Part shown: one piece after another, positions 9,655-19,534 of the stretch
How positions within the stretch are numbered: the first letter of the stretch is position 1
How the letters are laid out: each line of letters begins with the position of its first letter
Origin: Spirochaetes bacterium GWB1_60_80
Lineage (GTDB): Bacteria; Spirochaetota; Spirochaetia; Treponematales; UBA12059
Length of the DNA: 64,000 nucleotides
NCBI GenBank assembly: GCA_001829185.1
Contig: MIAR01000045.1
Span: 33,440-97,439 of the forward strand
Direction of reading: 5' to 3'
Translations under genes and position numbers: made by a program
Notes under the pieces: generated by a model
The model's input: only the letters and a program-made list of their open reading frames with translations
What the model was told of the DNA's origin: nothing
Databases searched by the model: none

Positions 9655-10680
9655 ATGAAAAGCGAACGGCTTTTTGCCATCATGAACTGGCTACTCGACA
9701 AGCGACGGGCCACCGCCCCGGAGCTGGCCACCCGTTTCAGCGTGTCGACGCGCACCATCTACCGCGACCTGGATAGCCTGGCGGCCAATGGGGTACCGCT
9801 CCGGACGGCCCAGGGTTACCAGGGCGGCTTCGAGCTGGCGGAAGGCTTTACCATCGACCGCTCCTTCCTCAGTCAGCCGGAGTTGGCCGACTTGGTGGGA
9901 GCGCTGCGCGGCTTCGACGAGGCGCTTAAGGCGCCGGCCCTGGCCAGTTCGCTTGGCAAGTTGGCCGGCCTGGGGGCGGGCCGTCAGCCACCGCCAGACG
10001 CCGGCCACCGGACCGGCGGCCTGTTGCGGCGACCGACTGACAGGACCAGCGCTACCGGCGGGTCAGCCGACCAGCCGCCAGGCCGGCCGCGGCCCTTTGA
10101 GTTGCCGCCGCCACTGTCGGTCAGCCTGACGCCTTGGGGCGGACCGTCGCCGGACGCGGCCACCGTGGAACTGTTCCGGCGGGCCATCGCCGAACGCCGG
10201 ACAGTTGAGCTGGCCTACCGCACCCTGCGTGGCGACGCCAGCCGGCGGGTGGTCGAGCCGTTTACGATCGCCCTGGGCGGCCCGGTCTGGTACGTCCACG
10301 CCTGGTGCCGCCTGCGCCAGAAATTCAGGATTTTCCGCCTGTCGCGCGTCGAGTCGGCCGAGCTCGGCCAGGAACGCTATGACCCGCGGGCTCACGGACC
10401 AGTGCCGCCGCCCTTTGCCAGCGCGCCGACCGAACGCTTGGTCGCCATCACTCTTGAGGCGGCAGCGGACGCCCGCACGCTGTTAACGGAGAGCTTCGGC
10501 GCCGCCACCATCACGACGCTGCCGGAGAGCCGCATCCAAGCCTGTTTCGAGTATCCAGAAGGCGACTGGTTGGTCGGCCTGCTGCTGTCGCTGGGTGGAG
10601 GCTTGCGAGTAGTGGAGCCGGCCAGCCTGCGCGCTAGCCTCCACCAGGCCGCCCGCCGGGTCGCCGAACGCAATCGCTGA
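9655..10680 (+). CDS. YafY-family transcriptional regulator (HTH plus WYL domain)
   Basis: N-terminal HTH (PELATRFSVSTRTIYRDLDSLAANGVPL) and a WYL core (WYVHAWCRLRQKFRIFRLSRV). A Pro/Arg-rich insertion lies between the domains. AAGGAG lies upstream. Confidence 0.8.
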   Translation: MKSERLFAIMNWLLDKRRATAPELATRFSVSTRTIYRDLDSLAANGVPLRTAQGYQGGFELAEGFTIDRSFLSQPELADLVGALRGFDEALKAPALASSLGKLAGLGAGRQPPPDAGHRTGGLLRRPTDRTSATGGSADQPPGRPRPFELPPPLSVSLTPWGGPSPDAATVELFRRAIAERRTVELAYRTLRGDASRRVVEPFTIALGGPVWYVHAWCRLRQKFRIFRLSRVESAELGQERYDPRAHGPVPPPFASAPTERLVAITLEAAADARTLLTESFGAATITTLPESRIQACFEYPEGDWLVGLLLSLGGGLRVVEPASLRASLHQAARRVAERNR

Positions 10681-10771
10681 TTTTTACGCATAAAACGAAA
10701 AGTAACATGACACTAGTTGTCAGGTTACCCCAGCTATAGTGATGCCAGATCGCGTCAACCGACGCAAAAGG

Positions 10772-10892
10772 GTGTTGAAAAACGCGAATGCGGCTTTTCA
10801 ACACTTCAAAACCCGATACAATTGCGCAGCATAGCGCAAGCTATGCGAGGAATTGTTAAGGTTGTTGGAAAGCAACCGGCTTTTCAACAACC
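10772..10892. repeat. three hairpins in the DUF3795 leader, two of them paralogous (TGTTGAAAA...TTTTCAACA)
   Basis: - Hairpin 1, 10772-10804: GTGTTGAAAA / TTTTCAACAC.
- Hairpin 2, 10829-10846: GCATAGC gcaa GCTATGC.
- Hairpin 3, 10860-10892: GGTTGTTGGAAA / TTTTCAACAACC.
- A related hairpin occurs at 22761-22788. Confidence 0.6.
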
Positions 10893-10908
10893 TGCCAAGG
10901 AGCAAACC

Positions 10909-11271
10909 ATGAACCAGAAACTCGGAGCCTGCTGCGGCCTGGACTGCGCCGAATGCCCGGCCCACCAAGTGTACCTCAAGGACGATCCGGCCCTGCGCCA
11001 AAAAACCGCCGCCGATTGGTCGAAAAAATTCCATGCCAACTTTGATCCGGAGCAATTTTTCTGCGCCGGCTGTACCGTCAAGGAAGGCCCGCACACCGGC
11101 TATTGCGAGCTGTGCCCGGTCCAGAAGTGCGCTCTGGCCAAGCCGGTGGCCAATTGCGGCCTTTGCCCCGAATATCGTAGCTGTTCGACCATCGGCGACT
11201 TCCTGGCCATGGCCAAGGAACTGAAGCCGATGCTGGACGCCATCGCCGCCGGCGCCGCGCCTGCCAGCTGA
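10909..11271 (+). CDS. DUF3795-like cysteine-rich protein
   Basis: The ATG at 10909 follows AAGGAG. The sequence MNQKLGACCGLDCAECPAH...FCAGC...CELCPVQKC...NCGLCPEYRSC shows the DUF3795 cysteine pattern. The upstream part of track ORF 10717..11271 is leader. Confidence 0.65.
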   Translation: MNQKLGACCGLDCAECPAHQVYLKDDPALRQKTAADWSKKFHANFDPEQFFCAGCTVKEGPHTGYCELCPVQKCALAKPVANCGLCPEYRSCSTIGDFLAMAKELKPMLDAIAAGAAPAS

Positions 11272-11409
11272 GCCAAGAGCAGCCAATCGGCGCCAGGTTT
11301 CCGGCGCCGCGACTGGAAAATGCTGCCACTGCGGGTTATACTTTTAACAAGGTGACGACGGCCCTGCCCGTCCCGCCCGTCGGGCCGCCTGTCCGCAGTG
11401 GAGCTTGCC

Positions 11410-12228
11410 ATGAACCAAAACCCCGGCCGCCGGCTTTGGCGGCGCAGCGCCATCAGCCTCGGCTTGGCCGTCGTCCTGACGGCCTGCCCAGGCGGACTCC
11501 TCCCGCCAGTCAACAACCTGGAGCCCTACAGCGAAGAAGCCATCACCGTCCCCTATTTTGCCAAGCCGGATGCGCCAGACTATACCATCGCCGGCTTCTC
11601 CGCCGACCTGGTCTATAGCGGCCTGGAGTTTGGCCCGACCGGCGACCTGTACCAGCTGCAAGTAACCCCGGCCGCGAGCTCGCCCTACCAAGCCGCCTTG
11701 CTACACCATTCAACCGGAGGCTGGCAACCCAGTGTCGACATCCAAAGCAAAACCGGCTATACAGGTTATCCCTACGACCTGGCTTTTGACAACACCACGC
11801 TGTATGTGCTCTATTCCAACCGCATCTATCGGCTGTCCAACACCGATCTCAGCCTTAAAGACTACCTGACCACCGGCCAAGCCGGCATGCAGGGCCTGGC
11901 CATCATCGGTAGCACCGCCTACTTCACGGTCTGGCAGGATCGCACTGTCTGGCGCCTGGAGCTACCGGCCATCGGCGGCCCGGCGGCTAGCGCCGTGGCC
12001 TGCGCCAGCTTGCCGGAGCACTCAGGAGCGCGCGGCCTGACCGCTAGCGGCGGCAAACTCTACGGGGCCGACTACTTCCACGATGTGGTCTACCAGATTG
12101 AACCGGCCTCGGGCGCCATCACTGAAGAATTCATCACCTACGGCCGCGAATCGCTCGGCCTAGGCTGCTCGGAGGGCGTACTCTACATGCGCGACTCGGC
12201 GGCGTCCACCATCCGGCCGCTGTTATGA
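11410..12228 (+). CDS. lipoprotein, probable beta-propeller, function unknown
   Basis: The ATG at 11410 follows GGAG. It has a lipobox (LAVVLTAC) and repetitive strand-like segments (LYVLY, AYFTVW, LYGADYF). Confidence 0.6.
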   Translation: MNQNPGRRLWRRSAISLGLAVVLTACPGGLLPPVNNLEPYSEEAITVPYFAKPDAPDYTIAGFSADLVYSGLEFGPTGDLYQLQVTPAASSPYQAALLHHSTGGWQPSVDIQSKTGYTGYPYDLAFDNTTLYVLYSNRIYRLSNTDLSLKDYLTTGQAGMQGLAIIGSTAYFTVWQDRTVWRLELPAIGGPAASAVACASLPEHSGARGLTASGGKLYGADYFHDVVYQIEPASGAITEEFITYGRESLGLGCSEGVLYMRDSAASTIRPLL

Positions 12229-12276
12229 CAGCACCTGGACGAGTGGCGGACGCGCTCCGAGCCGATCGACGTCACG

Positions 12277-13146
12277 GTGCGCTTCCGGGCGGTCATTTCT
12301 AACACGGCCGGTTTAGCTGCAGCCTCGGCTCGCGTCACCGCGGCCTTGCCGGCCGCCGACTGGCGCCAGGACCTGATAAACCTAAGTTACGAAGGTACGC
12401 CGGAAACAGGCACCGACCGCTACGGCCAAGCCTACGCCCGCCTCGGCAGCGGCAGCATCGCGCCTGGCGGCTCGGTTACGGTGGGCTGGACCACCCAGGC
12501 GCGGCTCTGGGCCCTCAAGGTGCGCGTACCGGATAGCCGCCTGGTCGATCCGGCCACGGCCGACGCCACCCTGCGCGGGCACTTCCTGAGCGCCAGCTTT
12601 CCCTACCTGGCCATGTCGTCGCCAACGGTGACCAACTTTGCCGCCGCGGTCGGCGTGTCCCCGGCCAACTTCGTCAACTTCGGCCGCGGCCTGCGCGACC
12701 AAGTCTTCCAGGCGCTCAGCTATAACCTGGACAGCGTCTGGGACGATGCCGCCACCGTGCTGCAACGCGGTAGCGGCTCCTGCTCGGAGTACAGCTTCGT
12801 CACCAGCGCCGCCTGGCGGCTAAACGGCTACCCCACTCGCTTTGTGGGCGCTAGTACCGGCGGCAGCGCCCTGGAGAGCGGCGCGCCAGACGACACCTAC
12901 CACCGCTGGATCGAAATCTACGCGCCGGGCATCGGCTGGGTGCCGATGGACTGCAACCACAACGACTCCGGCAGTGTCACGCCTTTCTCCAACGAGCTGG
13001 TCTTCGGCGTCAACTCGCGCAAGCTAATCGTCCTGAAAGGTGGCTGCGAGGACGGCGACTGGCTGGGCCACGGCTACACTTGGAACTACAACGCCACCAG
13101 CGGCTCGGTAGACGTCGACGGCGCCTATGAATGGAGCTGGCGCTAG
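12277..13146 (+). CDS. transglutaminase-like cysteine protease family protein
   Basis: Contains GSGSCSEYSF (catalytic Cys), YHRWIEIY (His) and WVPMDCN (Asp). The start is uncertain (GTG at 12277; the frame is open from 12229). Confidence 0.7.
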   Translation: MRFRAVISNTAGLAAASARVTAALPAADWRQDLINLSYEGTPETGTDRYGQAYARLGSGSIAPGGSVTVGWTTQARLWALKVRVPDSRLVDPATADATLRGHFLSASFPYLAMSSPTVTNFAAAVGVSPANFVNFGRGLRDQVFQALSYNLDSVWDDAATVLQRGSGSCSEYSFVTSAAWRLNGYPTRFVGASTGGSALESGAPDDTYHRWIEIYAPGIGWVPMDCNHNDSGSVTPFSNELVFGVNSRKLIVLKGGCEDGDWLGHGYTWNYNATSGSVDVDGAYEWSWR

Positions 13147-13207
13147 CGTCCAGCGCCATCCGCGTCACCGTATTTAACAATTTCTACAAATTGTCTATAC
13201 TACCGGC

Positions 13208-15334
13208 ATGAAACACACGCTGAGTATCAGGGCAAAACTGGTTATCTGGTCCTTGGTGGGAGCGCTCGTTCCCCTAGTCATCACGTCCAGCCTGGCTATC
13301 GCCAGCGGTGGCAAGACCGCCACTAGCCTGATCCGCACCGATCTGACCGGTCGGGCGGCCCAGGTGGGAAAATCGATCAGCCTATTCCTGGAACAGCAAC
13401 TGGCCAACCTGCGCACCCTGACCCAAGCCGACACCTTCGAAGGCGGCGACCAGGACGCCATCGTCCGCTACCTGAACGAGGTGGCGGTGGAAAACCCCGA
13501 GTTCAGCGACTTTGACTGCTTTGACCTGCAAGGCGTCTGCCTGGTCTCCTCCGGCGGGCAGGAGGAAACCGGCCAGACCTTCGCCGGACTGTACCCGGAA
13601 CAGGCCGAGCTCTTCGGGCAAGCCCTGCTGGCAAGGCAGGGCAATGTCTACGTCTCGGAGGCCTTCGTGCGCGACGGTACGGTCTACCTTAACATGCTGA
13701 CGCCGGTGACCGACGAATCGAACATCAACAATATTTACATCCTCACGGCCGAGCTCAACCTGGCCACTATCGACAATCTGGTAGCGGATTTCACCGATTC
13801 CATCATCGGCGACCGCTTTGTCTACCTGCTGGACAAGCAGGGCCGGGTATTGAGCAGCCAGCACCCCGGCCTGACGATGCTCGATCCCCTGCCCGATCTG
13901 GCCGCCTTCCCGGACCTGCTGCCGCTCCTGGCGGAGCCTGGCGCCAACGCCAGCGTCCAATACGGCGACGCTTCGGGCCAGCCAGTGCTGGCCGCCTACG
14001 CCGACCTGGTGGAAATCGCCTCCAATCGGGCGCTAAACTGGAGCCTGCTGGCGGTGGCTCCCCTGGCCGACATCACCGCTCCGGTCAGAGCGCTGCGCAA
14101 CCAGCTGCTCCTGGTCAGCCTAGTCGTCGCCCTGATCATCATGGTGGGTAGCTTCGTCATGGTGCGCGGCCTGATGGCTCCGGTCGGGCGCACTACCGAG
14201 GTGCTCAAAGGCATTTCCGAGGGCGAAGGCGACCTCACCCGGCGCATGGACGCCAAATACGACGACGAGACCGGCCGACTGGCCCTCTACTTCAACAAGA
14301 CCAGCGACAAGATCCGCGATTTTGTGGTTGGCATCCGCGACGAGGCCCGGCGGCTGGAAGCCACGGGCGACGACCTGGCCAGCAACCTGACCCAGACCGT
14401 AGCCGCCGTCAACCAGTTAGTAGCCAATATCCAAAGCGTCACCGACCGCACCGCCAAACAAGCCGATCTGGTCGAGGACAACCGTGGCGGCATTGAAACC
14501 ATGAACGGCGGCATCGAGCGGCTGGGCAACCTGATCGGCGAACAATCGGCCAGCATCACCGAGGCTAGCGCCTCGGTCGAGCAGATGGTCGCCAATATCC
14601 GGTCGGTGGCCAGCATTCTGGAGAAAAACGCCCTGACCGTCGGCCAACTCGGCGCCTCGTCCGAAACGGGCAAGCAAGGCATGGACCGGCTGGGCGAGCT
14701 GATCAAGCAGATCGAGCAGGACTCGGCCGGCCTGCTCGACGCCTCCAAGGTGGTCCAGGCCATCGCCTCCCAGACCAACTTGCTGGCCATGAACGCGGCC
14801 ATCGAGGCCGCCCACGCCGGCGACGCCGGCCGCGGCTTCGCGGTAGTGGCCAACGAGATCCGCAAACTGGCTGAAAACTCCGGCGCCCAGGGCAAGGTCA
14901 TCGCCAAGACCATGAAGACCTTGTCCAGCTCCATCCGCCGGGTAGCGGAACTGGCCAGCGGCTCGCAGGAACAGTTCCACGCCATTTACGGCCTGGCCCA
15001 GCAGGTGCGCGACCAGGAAGACGTCATCAAGCACGCCATGCAGGAGCAGAGCGCCGGCAGCCAGCAGGTGCTACTGGCCACCAAGCAGATGATCGGCATC
15101 ACCCAGGAAGTACGCGAACGCTCGGCCGGCATCCAAGAAACCAGCCAAACCATCCGCGGCCAGACTGGCCAGCTGGCGGCCTTGACCACCGAAATCGAGG
15201 GCAGCATGGCCGCGATGGCCGCCGGCACCCGCGAGATCAACCAGGCTATCATGCAGGTCAAGGACCTGGGCAGCGCCAACACCGCCAGCATCGACCAACT
15301 CAACGCCGCCGTCAGCCGCTTCAAAGTCGACTGA
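13208..15334 (+). CDS. methyl-accepting chemotaxis protein (Cache-like periplasmic domain, HAMP, MA domain)
   Basis: Contains the conserved signalling hairpin [35 protein letters not shown] and two TM segments. Confidence 0.9.
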   Translation: MKHTLSIRAKLVIWSLVGALVPLVITSSLAIASGGKTATSLIRTDLTGRAAQVGKSISLFLEQQLANLRTLTQADTFEGGDQDAIVRYLNEVAVENPEFSDFDCFDLQGVCLVSSGGQEETGQTFAGLYPEQAELFGQALLARQGNVYVSEAFVRDGTVYLNMLTPVTDESNINNIYILTAELNLATIDNLVADFTDSIIGDRFVYLLDKQGRVLSSQHPGLTMLDPLPDLAAFPDLLPLLAEPGANASVQYGDASGQPVLAAYADLVEIASNRALNWSLLAVAPLADITAPVRALRNQLLLVSLVVALIIMVGSFVMVRGLMAPVGRTTEVLKGISEGEGDLTRRMDAKYDDETGRLALYFNKTSDKIRDFVVGIRDEARRLEATGDDLASNLTQTVAAVNQLVANIQSVTDRTAKQADLVEDNRGGIETMNGGIERLGNLIGEQSASITEASASVEQMVANIRSVASILEKNALTVGQLGASSETGKQGMDRLGELIKQIEQDSAGLLDASKVVQAIASQTNLLAMNAAIEAAHAGDAGRGFAVVANEIRKLAENSGAQGKVIAKTMKTLSSSIRRVAELASGSQEQFHAIYGLAQQVRDQEDVIKHAMQEQSAGSQQVLLATKQMIGITQEVRERSAGIQETSQTIRGQTGQLAALTTEIEGSMAAMAAGTREINQAIMQVKDLGSANTASIDQLNAAVSRFKVD

Positions 15335-15356
15335 CCAACCCCGCCAGTCTTCCACG

Positions 15357-15412
15357 TTCTTCAAGGCCAGTACCTCGGCCTTGAAGAACCCCTTTACACA
15401 AGGGGTTCTTCT
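15357..15412 (+). terminator. tandem/alternative hairpins downstream of the chemoreceptor gene
   Basis: The first hairpin is TTCTTCAAGGCC-8nt-GGCCTTGAAGAA (12-bp perfect stem). It overlaps GAACCCCTT-5nt-AAGGGGTTC, which is followed by TTCTGTC. Confidence 0.5.
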
Positions 15413-15569
15413 GTCTATACTGCAACCGGGCATTTTTCTGCATCCAACCGTAAAAAACGGGAAGTTCTGCGTCTATGGGGTAATAAACAACCATAAATGC
15501 ACGCCCGCCAGGACCGCCGGCCGTCAGTCACGGGGGTCAATACTCCAATAGCAAGGTAGAGGCAAAAGC

Positions 15570-17660
15570 ATGGCTTTCGACATCTCCAAAATGCGCAATA
15601 TCGGTATCAGTGCGCATATTGACTCCGGCAAGACCACCCTGTCGGAACGGATTCTCTTTTATTGCCGCAAGATCCATGCCATTCACGAAGTGAAGGGCAA
15701 GGACGGCGTCGGCGCCACCATGGACTCGATGGAACTGGAACGCGAGCGCGGCATCACTATCGCCAGCGCCGCCACCAACGTCACCTGGGGCGATCACACC
15801 ATCAACCTGATCGACACCCCCGGCCACGTCGACTTCACCATCGAGGTGGAGCGTTCGCTGCGGGTGCTTGACGGCGCCGTCCTGGTATTGTGCTCGGTCG
15901 GCGGCGTCCAGTCGCAAACCCTGACCGTCGACCGCCAGCTGAAACGCTACAACGTGCCTCGCCTGGCTTTCATCAACAAGTGCGACCGCACCGGCGCCAA
16001 TCCCTACCGCGTGCGCAACCAAGTCGGCGAGAAGCTCGGCCTCAACGCCGTCATGATGACCCTGCCGATCGGCCTGGAAGACAAGCTGGAAGGCTTGGTC
16101 GACCTGGTCGAGATGCGCGCCGTCTATTTTGACGGCGACGGCGGCGTCGACCTGCGCTTCGCCGAAATCCCCGCCCACATGGCCGATGACGCCGCCAGCT
16201 ACCGCGAGCAGTTGCTCGACGCCGCCAGCATGTTCTCCGACGAGCTGGCCGAAGCCTTCCTGGAAGGCACCGAAACCATCGCCATGATCAAGACCGCCAT
16301 CCGCAAGGGCACCATCGCCCTGCAGCTGGTGCCGGTATTCTGCGGCTCCGCCTACAAGAACAAGGGCGTCCAGCTGCTGCTCAACGGCGTGGTCGATTAC
16401 CTGCCCAACCCGACCGAGGTCAAGAACATCGCCCTGGATCTGGACAATAACGAGACGGCGGTCGAAACCATTTCTGAAGAAAACAAGCCGACCGTGGCCC
16501 TGGCCTTCAAGCTGGAAGACGGCCAATACGGCCAATTAACCTACGTCCGCATCTACCAGGGCTCGGTCAAAAAAGGCGACGAGCTGATCAACACCCGCGC
16601 CCGCCGCAAGTTCAAGGTCGGCCGCCTGGTGCGCATGCACGCCGCGTCCATGGAAGACATCAACGAAGGCACCTGCGGCGACATCGTCGCCCTGTTCGGC
16701 ATCGAATGCGCTTCCGGCGACACCTTCTGCACCCCGTCCATCAATTACGCCATGACCTCGATGTTCGTGCCGGATCCGGTTATCTCCCTGGCCATCATGC
16801 CCAAGGACAAGAAGAGCGCCGACCAGATGTCCAAGGCGCTCAACCGCTTTACCAAGGAAGATCCGACCTTCCGCACCTATGTCGACGCCGAATCCAACCA
16901 GACCATCATCCAGGGCATGGGCGAACTGCACCTCGAGGTCTACATCGAGCGCATGAAGCGCGAGTACAAGTGCGAGGTCGACACCGGCATGCCGGAAGTG
17001 GCCTACCGCGAAGCCATCACCGAGCGCGCCGAATTCAACTACACCCACAAGAAACAGACCGGCGGTTCCGGCCAGTACGGCCGCGTGGCCGGCTTCATGG
17101 AACCCTGCGCCGACCACGTCTACGAATTCGTCGACTCCATCAAGGGCGGTTCCATCCCCAACGAATATATCCCAAGCTGCGACAAGGGCTTCAAGGAAGC
17201 GGTCAAAAAGGGCGCGCTCATCCATTTCCCGGTGGTAAACATCCGCATGACCATCAACGACGGCGCCTCGCACGCCGTTGACTCCTCGGACATCGCCTTC
17301 CAGCAAGCCGCCCTGGGCGGTTTCCGCGAAGCCTACCTCAAGGCCAAGCCAGTCATCCTCGAGCCGATCATGAAAGTGGTCGCCGAAGGACCGGCCGAGT
17401 TCCAGGGTAACATCTTCGCCAGCGTCAACCAACGCCGCGGCGTCATCACCGCCAGCACCGAGGAAGCCAGCTTCTGCCGCGTCGAGGCCGAAGTGCCGCT
17501 GTCCGAGATGTTCGGCTACTCGACGGTATTGCGCTCCATGACCCAAGGCAAAGCCGAGTTCTCCATGGAATTCCTCAAATATGGCAAGGTACCGACCAAT
17601 ATCTCCGAACAATTGCGCAAGGACTTCGAGGAAAAACGCAAAAAGGAACACGGTAGATAA
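15570..17660 (+). CDS. fusA: elongation factor G (EF-G2-type paralog)
   Basis: Contains [17 protein letters not shown] and NKCDR GTPase motifs, with full-length EF-G architecture (696 aa). Confidence 0.95.
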   Translation: MAFDISKMRNIGISAHIDSGKTTLSERILFYCRKIHAIHEVKGKDGVGATMDSMELERERGITIASAATNVTWGDHTINLIDTPGHVDFTIEVERSLRVLDGAVLVLCSVGGVQSQTLTVDRQLKRYNVPRLAFINKCDRTGANPYRVRNQVGEKLGLNAVMMTLPIGLEDKLEGLVDLVEMRAVYFDGDGGVDLRFAEIPAHMADDAASYREQLLDAASMFSDELAEAFLEGTETIAMIKTAIRKGTIALQLVPVFCGSAYKNKGVQLLLNGVVDYLPNPTEVKNIALDLDNNETAVETISEENKPTVALAFKLEDGQYGQLTYVRIYQGSVKKGDELINTRARRKFKVGRLVRMHAASMEDINEGTCGDIVALFGIECASGDTFCTPSINYAMTSMFVPDPVISLAIMPKDKKSADQMSKALNRFTKEDPTFRTYVDAESNQTIIQGMGELHLEVYIERMKREYKCEVDTGMPEVAYREAITERAEFNYTHKKQTGGSGQYGRVAGFMEPCADHVYEFVDSIKGGSIPNEYIPSCDKGFKEAVKKGALIHFPVVNIRMTINDGASHAVDSSDIAFQQAALGGFREAYLKAKPVILEPIMKVVAEGPAEFQGNIFASVNQRRGVITASTEEASFCRVEAEVPLSEMFGYSTVLRSMTQGKAEFSMEFLKYGKVPTNISEQLRKDFEEKRKKEHGR

Positions 17661-17665
17661 ATCGC

Positions 17666-17689
17666 GCGGGAAGCCTGACGGCTTCCCGC
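17666..17689 (+). terminator. GC-rich hairpin after fusA (no T-tract)
   Basis: GCGGGAAGCC-tgac-GGCTTCCCGC lies 6 nt after the stop. Confidence 0.4.
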
Positions 17690-17753
17690 TACCGCGCCCG
17701 TCGGCTGCAGGCTGGCTGGCGCGGCAAGTTACCGGTTAAAACCGGGTTTTATT

Positions 17754-17782
17754 TGCGTTTTTGACCGACAGGCTTTATACTG
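17754..17782 (+). promoter_or_regulatory. candidate sigma70-type promoter for the KaiC-like gene
   Basis: TTGCGT, a 17-nt spacer, then TATACT. About 90 nt of leader follow, containing the hairpin GCAGGCC-tccaa-GGCCTGC. Confidence 0.3.
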
Positions 17783-17872
17783 GGTGCATGATAGTTTCGG
17801 GCAGGCCTCCAAGGCCTGCACCCCTCTTATGTACCCGCCTGTCGTATACCACACCACTGACAAGGAGTTCCC

Positions 17873-18577
17873 ATGCTTAAAGAGGAGCTTATCAAGAAGA
17901 GCCCGGTTCGTATCCTGGAAAAGGGCATCGAAGGCGGCCTGATGGCCGGCAATATCGGTGTCATTTCCAGCCGCAAGGGCATTGGCAAGACCAGCGTCCT
18001 GGTCCAGCTGGCCATGGACAAGCTAATGCAGAACAAGAAAGTCATCCACGTCTCGTTCACCACCCAGACCAGCTACGTCATCGCCTGGTACGAAAACATC
18101 TTCACCGAGGTGGCCAAGCGCAAGAGCCTGGAACATTTCGGCGACGTCCACGACGAACTGGTCAAGAACCGGGTCATCATGAACTTCAACCAGGACAGCA
18201 TCGACGTCAACCAGATGATCAAGTCGCTGCGCGCCCTGATCGCCGACGGCGGCTTTAACGCCGAGTCGGTCATCATCGACGGCTTCGACTTTGCCCGCGC
18301 GGCCGTCGACCACATGACCAAGATGCGCGCCTTTGCCAAGGAAATGAACCTGGAGGTCTGGTTTTCCTGCACCATGGCCGGCCAGGAACCGCTCCTGGAC
18401 AAGCACAACGTCCCGGTCATCCTGCGCAACTACCTGGACAACATCTCGGTGCTCATCAACCTCGACCCGCAGGTCGAATACATCCACTTCATCGTCGTCA
18501 AGGACCATGACCGGATGAACCCGGCCGACCTCCATATCAAGCTCGACGCCAAGACCCTGCTGATCGCCGAAGTCTGA
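17873..18577 (+). CDS. KaiC/RecA-superfamily P-loop ATPase, single domain
   Basis: Has a Walker A-like motif (SSRKGIGKTS) and Walker B-like motif (SVIIDGFD). AAGGAG lies upstream. The gene is monocistronic, between a promoter-like site and a strong terminator. Confidence 0.6.
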   Translation: MLKEELIKKSPVRILEKGIEGGLMAGNIGVISSRKGIGKTSVLVQLAMDKLMQNKKVIHVSFTTQTSYVIAWYENIFTEVAKRKSLEHFGDVHDELVKNRVIMNFNQDSIDVNQMIKSLRALIADGGFNAESVIIDGFDFARAAVDHMTKMRAFAKEMNLEVWFSCTMAGQEPLLDKHNVPVILRNYLDNISVLINLDPQVEYIHFIVVKDHDRMNPADLHIKLDAKTLLIAEV

Positions 18578-18616
18578 GCCCCAAGCTCGGTCACTGGCGC
18601 CTGAGGCCAGACAACG

Positions 18617-18649
18617 AAAAAACACCGACCTGCGCGTCGGTGTTTTTTT
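18617..18649. terminator. bidirectional intrinsic terminator between convergent genes
   Basis: AAAAA-ACACCGAC-ctgcgc-GTCGGTGT-TTTTTT, with an A-tract and a T-tract flanking an 8-bp GC-rich stem. Confidence 0.7.
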
Positions 18650-18682
18650 ATCGACCCGGCTCGTGGCCGGCGCCAAGCCCGC

Positions 18683-19534
18683 CTAGTCCAGAATATAGGC
18701 CGCCACCGACTCGGTCTGCGGGCCGAGCGAGCGCAACAGGCGAACGCCGGCACCGTCGCCGCGACCGTCCAGGAGGCTGGCGCAAGCCCTGTGCTTGCCG
18801 GCTGCCCGGAGCAGGAAACGGATATGGCGGCTGGAGCGCAGCGCGGCCAGGCCCAGGCTGACCCGCTGCCGCGGTTCGGTCGGCGCTAGGCCTTGCCAGC
18901 TGGGTCCGGCTTGGGCTGTGAACAGTGCTTGGCGGTCAACATCCTCGGCCGGGGCCTGACCCGCCACCGTCGGTGGCGCGAACAAACCAGCCACATGGCC
19001 ATCCGACCCCAAGCCCAGGAAGCAGATATCGAACAAGGGGGCCGCGGCGGCTTCCCGACTGGCCAGCTCCCTATCCATCGCGGCGCAGGCCTGCTCAGGT
19101 CCCGTCGACAGGTCCCAACCCAGCCAATGGCAACCCGGAGATTGCAGCAACGGCTGGAAACAAGACAGCAGCATGGTTTGGTTGAGCTGGCTAGGGTTGG
19201 CAGGAACAAAGCGCTCATCACCCGGCAGCAGCTCCAGGCGAGGTGTGGGTAGCGCGGTGCCAGTCCAGCTGGCCGGCGCGCTCACTTCCGCCAAGTCAAA
19301 GGGCAGCAGGCCAGGCCGCAACAGTTGGGCAAGCCGCCGATAGACTGGCTTCGGCGTATTGCCGCCCGCTAGACAAAGCCGGACGCTGCGGCCAACCGCC
19401 CAGCCGACCTGAATCAACTCCAGGCAGTCCCGCGCCAACGCTTCCTGCCAGGCCTGAGCGTCGGAAAAGCGGTGGATAGCGGGTTGGCGATAGCAAGGAT
19501 GGCTGGGATGTCGACCGGTTTGCCGCTCAATCAC
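18683..19534 (-). CDS. pgl: 6-phosphogluconolactonase
   Basis: Contains LAGGNTPKPVY, PGDERFVP and FLGLGSDGHVAGLF. The start is trimmed to the in-frame GTG at 19534 next to the upstream stop. The track ORF extends to 19579. Confidence 0.8.
   Translation of the reverse strand: MIERQTGRHPSHPCYRQPAIHRFSDAQAWQEALARDCLELIQVGWAVGRSVRLCLAGGNTPKPVYRRLAQLLRPGLLPFDLAEVSAPASWTGTALPTPRLELLPGDERFVPANPSQLNQTMLLSCFQPLLQSPGCHWLGWDLSTGPEQACAAMDRELASREAAAAPLFDICFLGLGSDGHVAGLFAPPTVAGQAPAEDVDRQALFTAQAGPSWQGLAPTEPRQRVSLGLAALRSSRHIRFLLRAAGKHRACASLLDGRGDGAGVRLLRSLGPQTESVAAYILD

Noticed and set aside
10772-10892. Possible mini-CRISPR array (repeated CGGCTTTTCAACA about 88 nt apart)
   Set aside because: There are only two copies, the period is too long, and the repeats are self-complementary hairpins with divergent left arms. 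No cas genes are present in the window.
15537-17651. Long minus-strand ORFs (332 aa and 371 aa) antisense to fusA
   Set aside because: They are shadow ORFs typical of high-GC DNA, with Gly/Ala/Asp/Val-rich low-information translations. The plus-strand EF-G reading is unambiguous.
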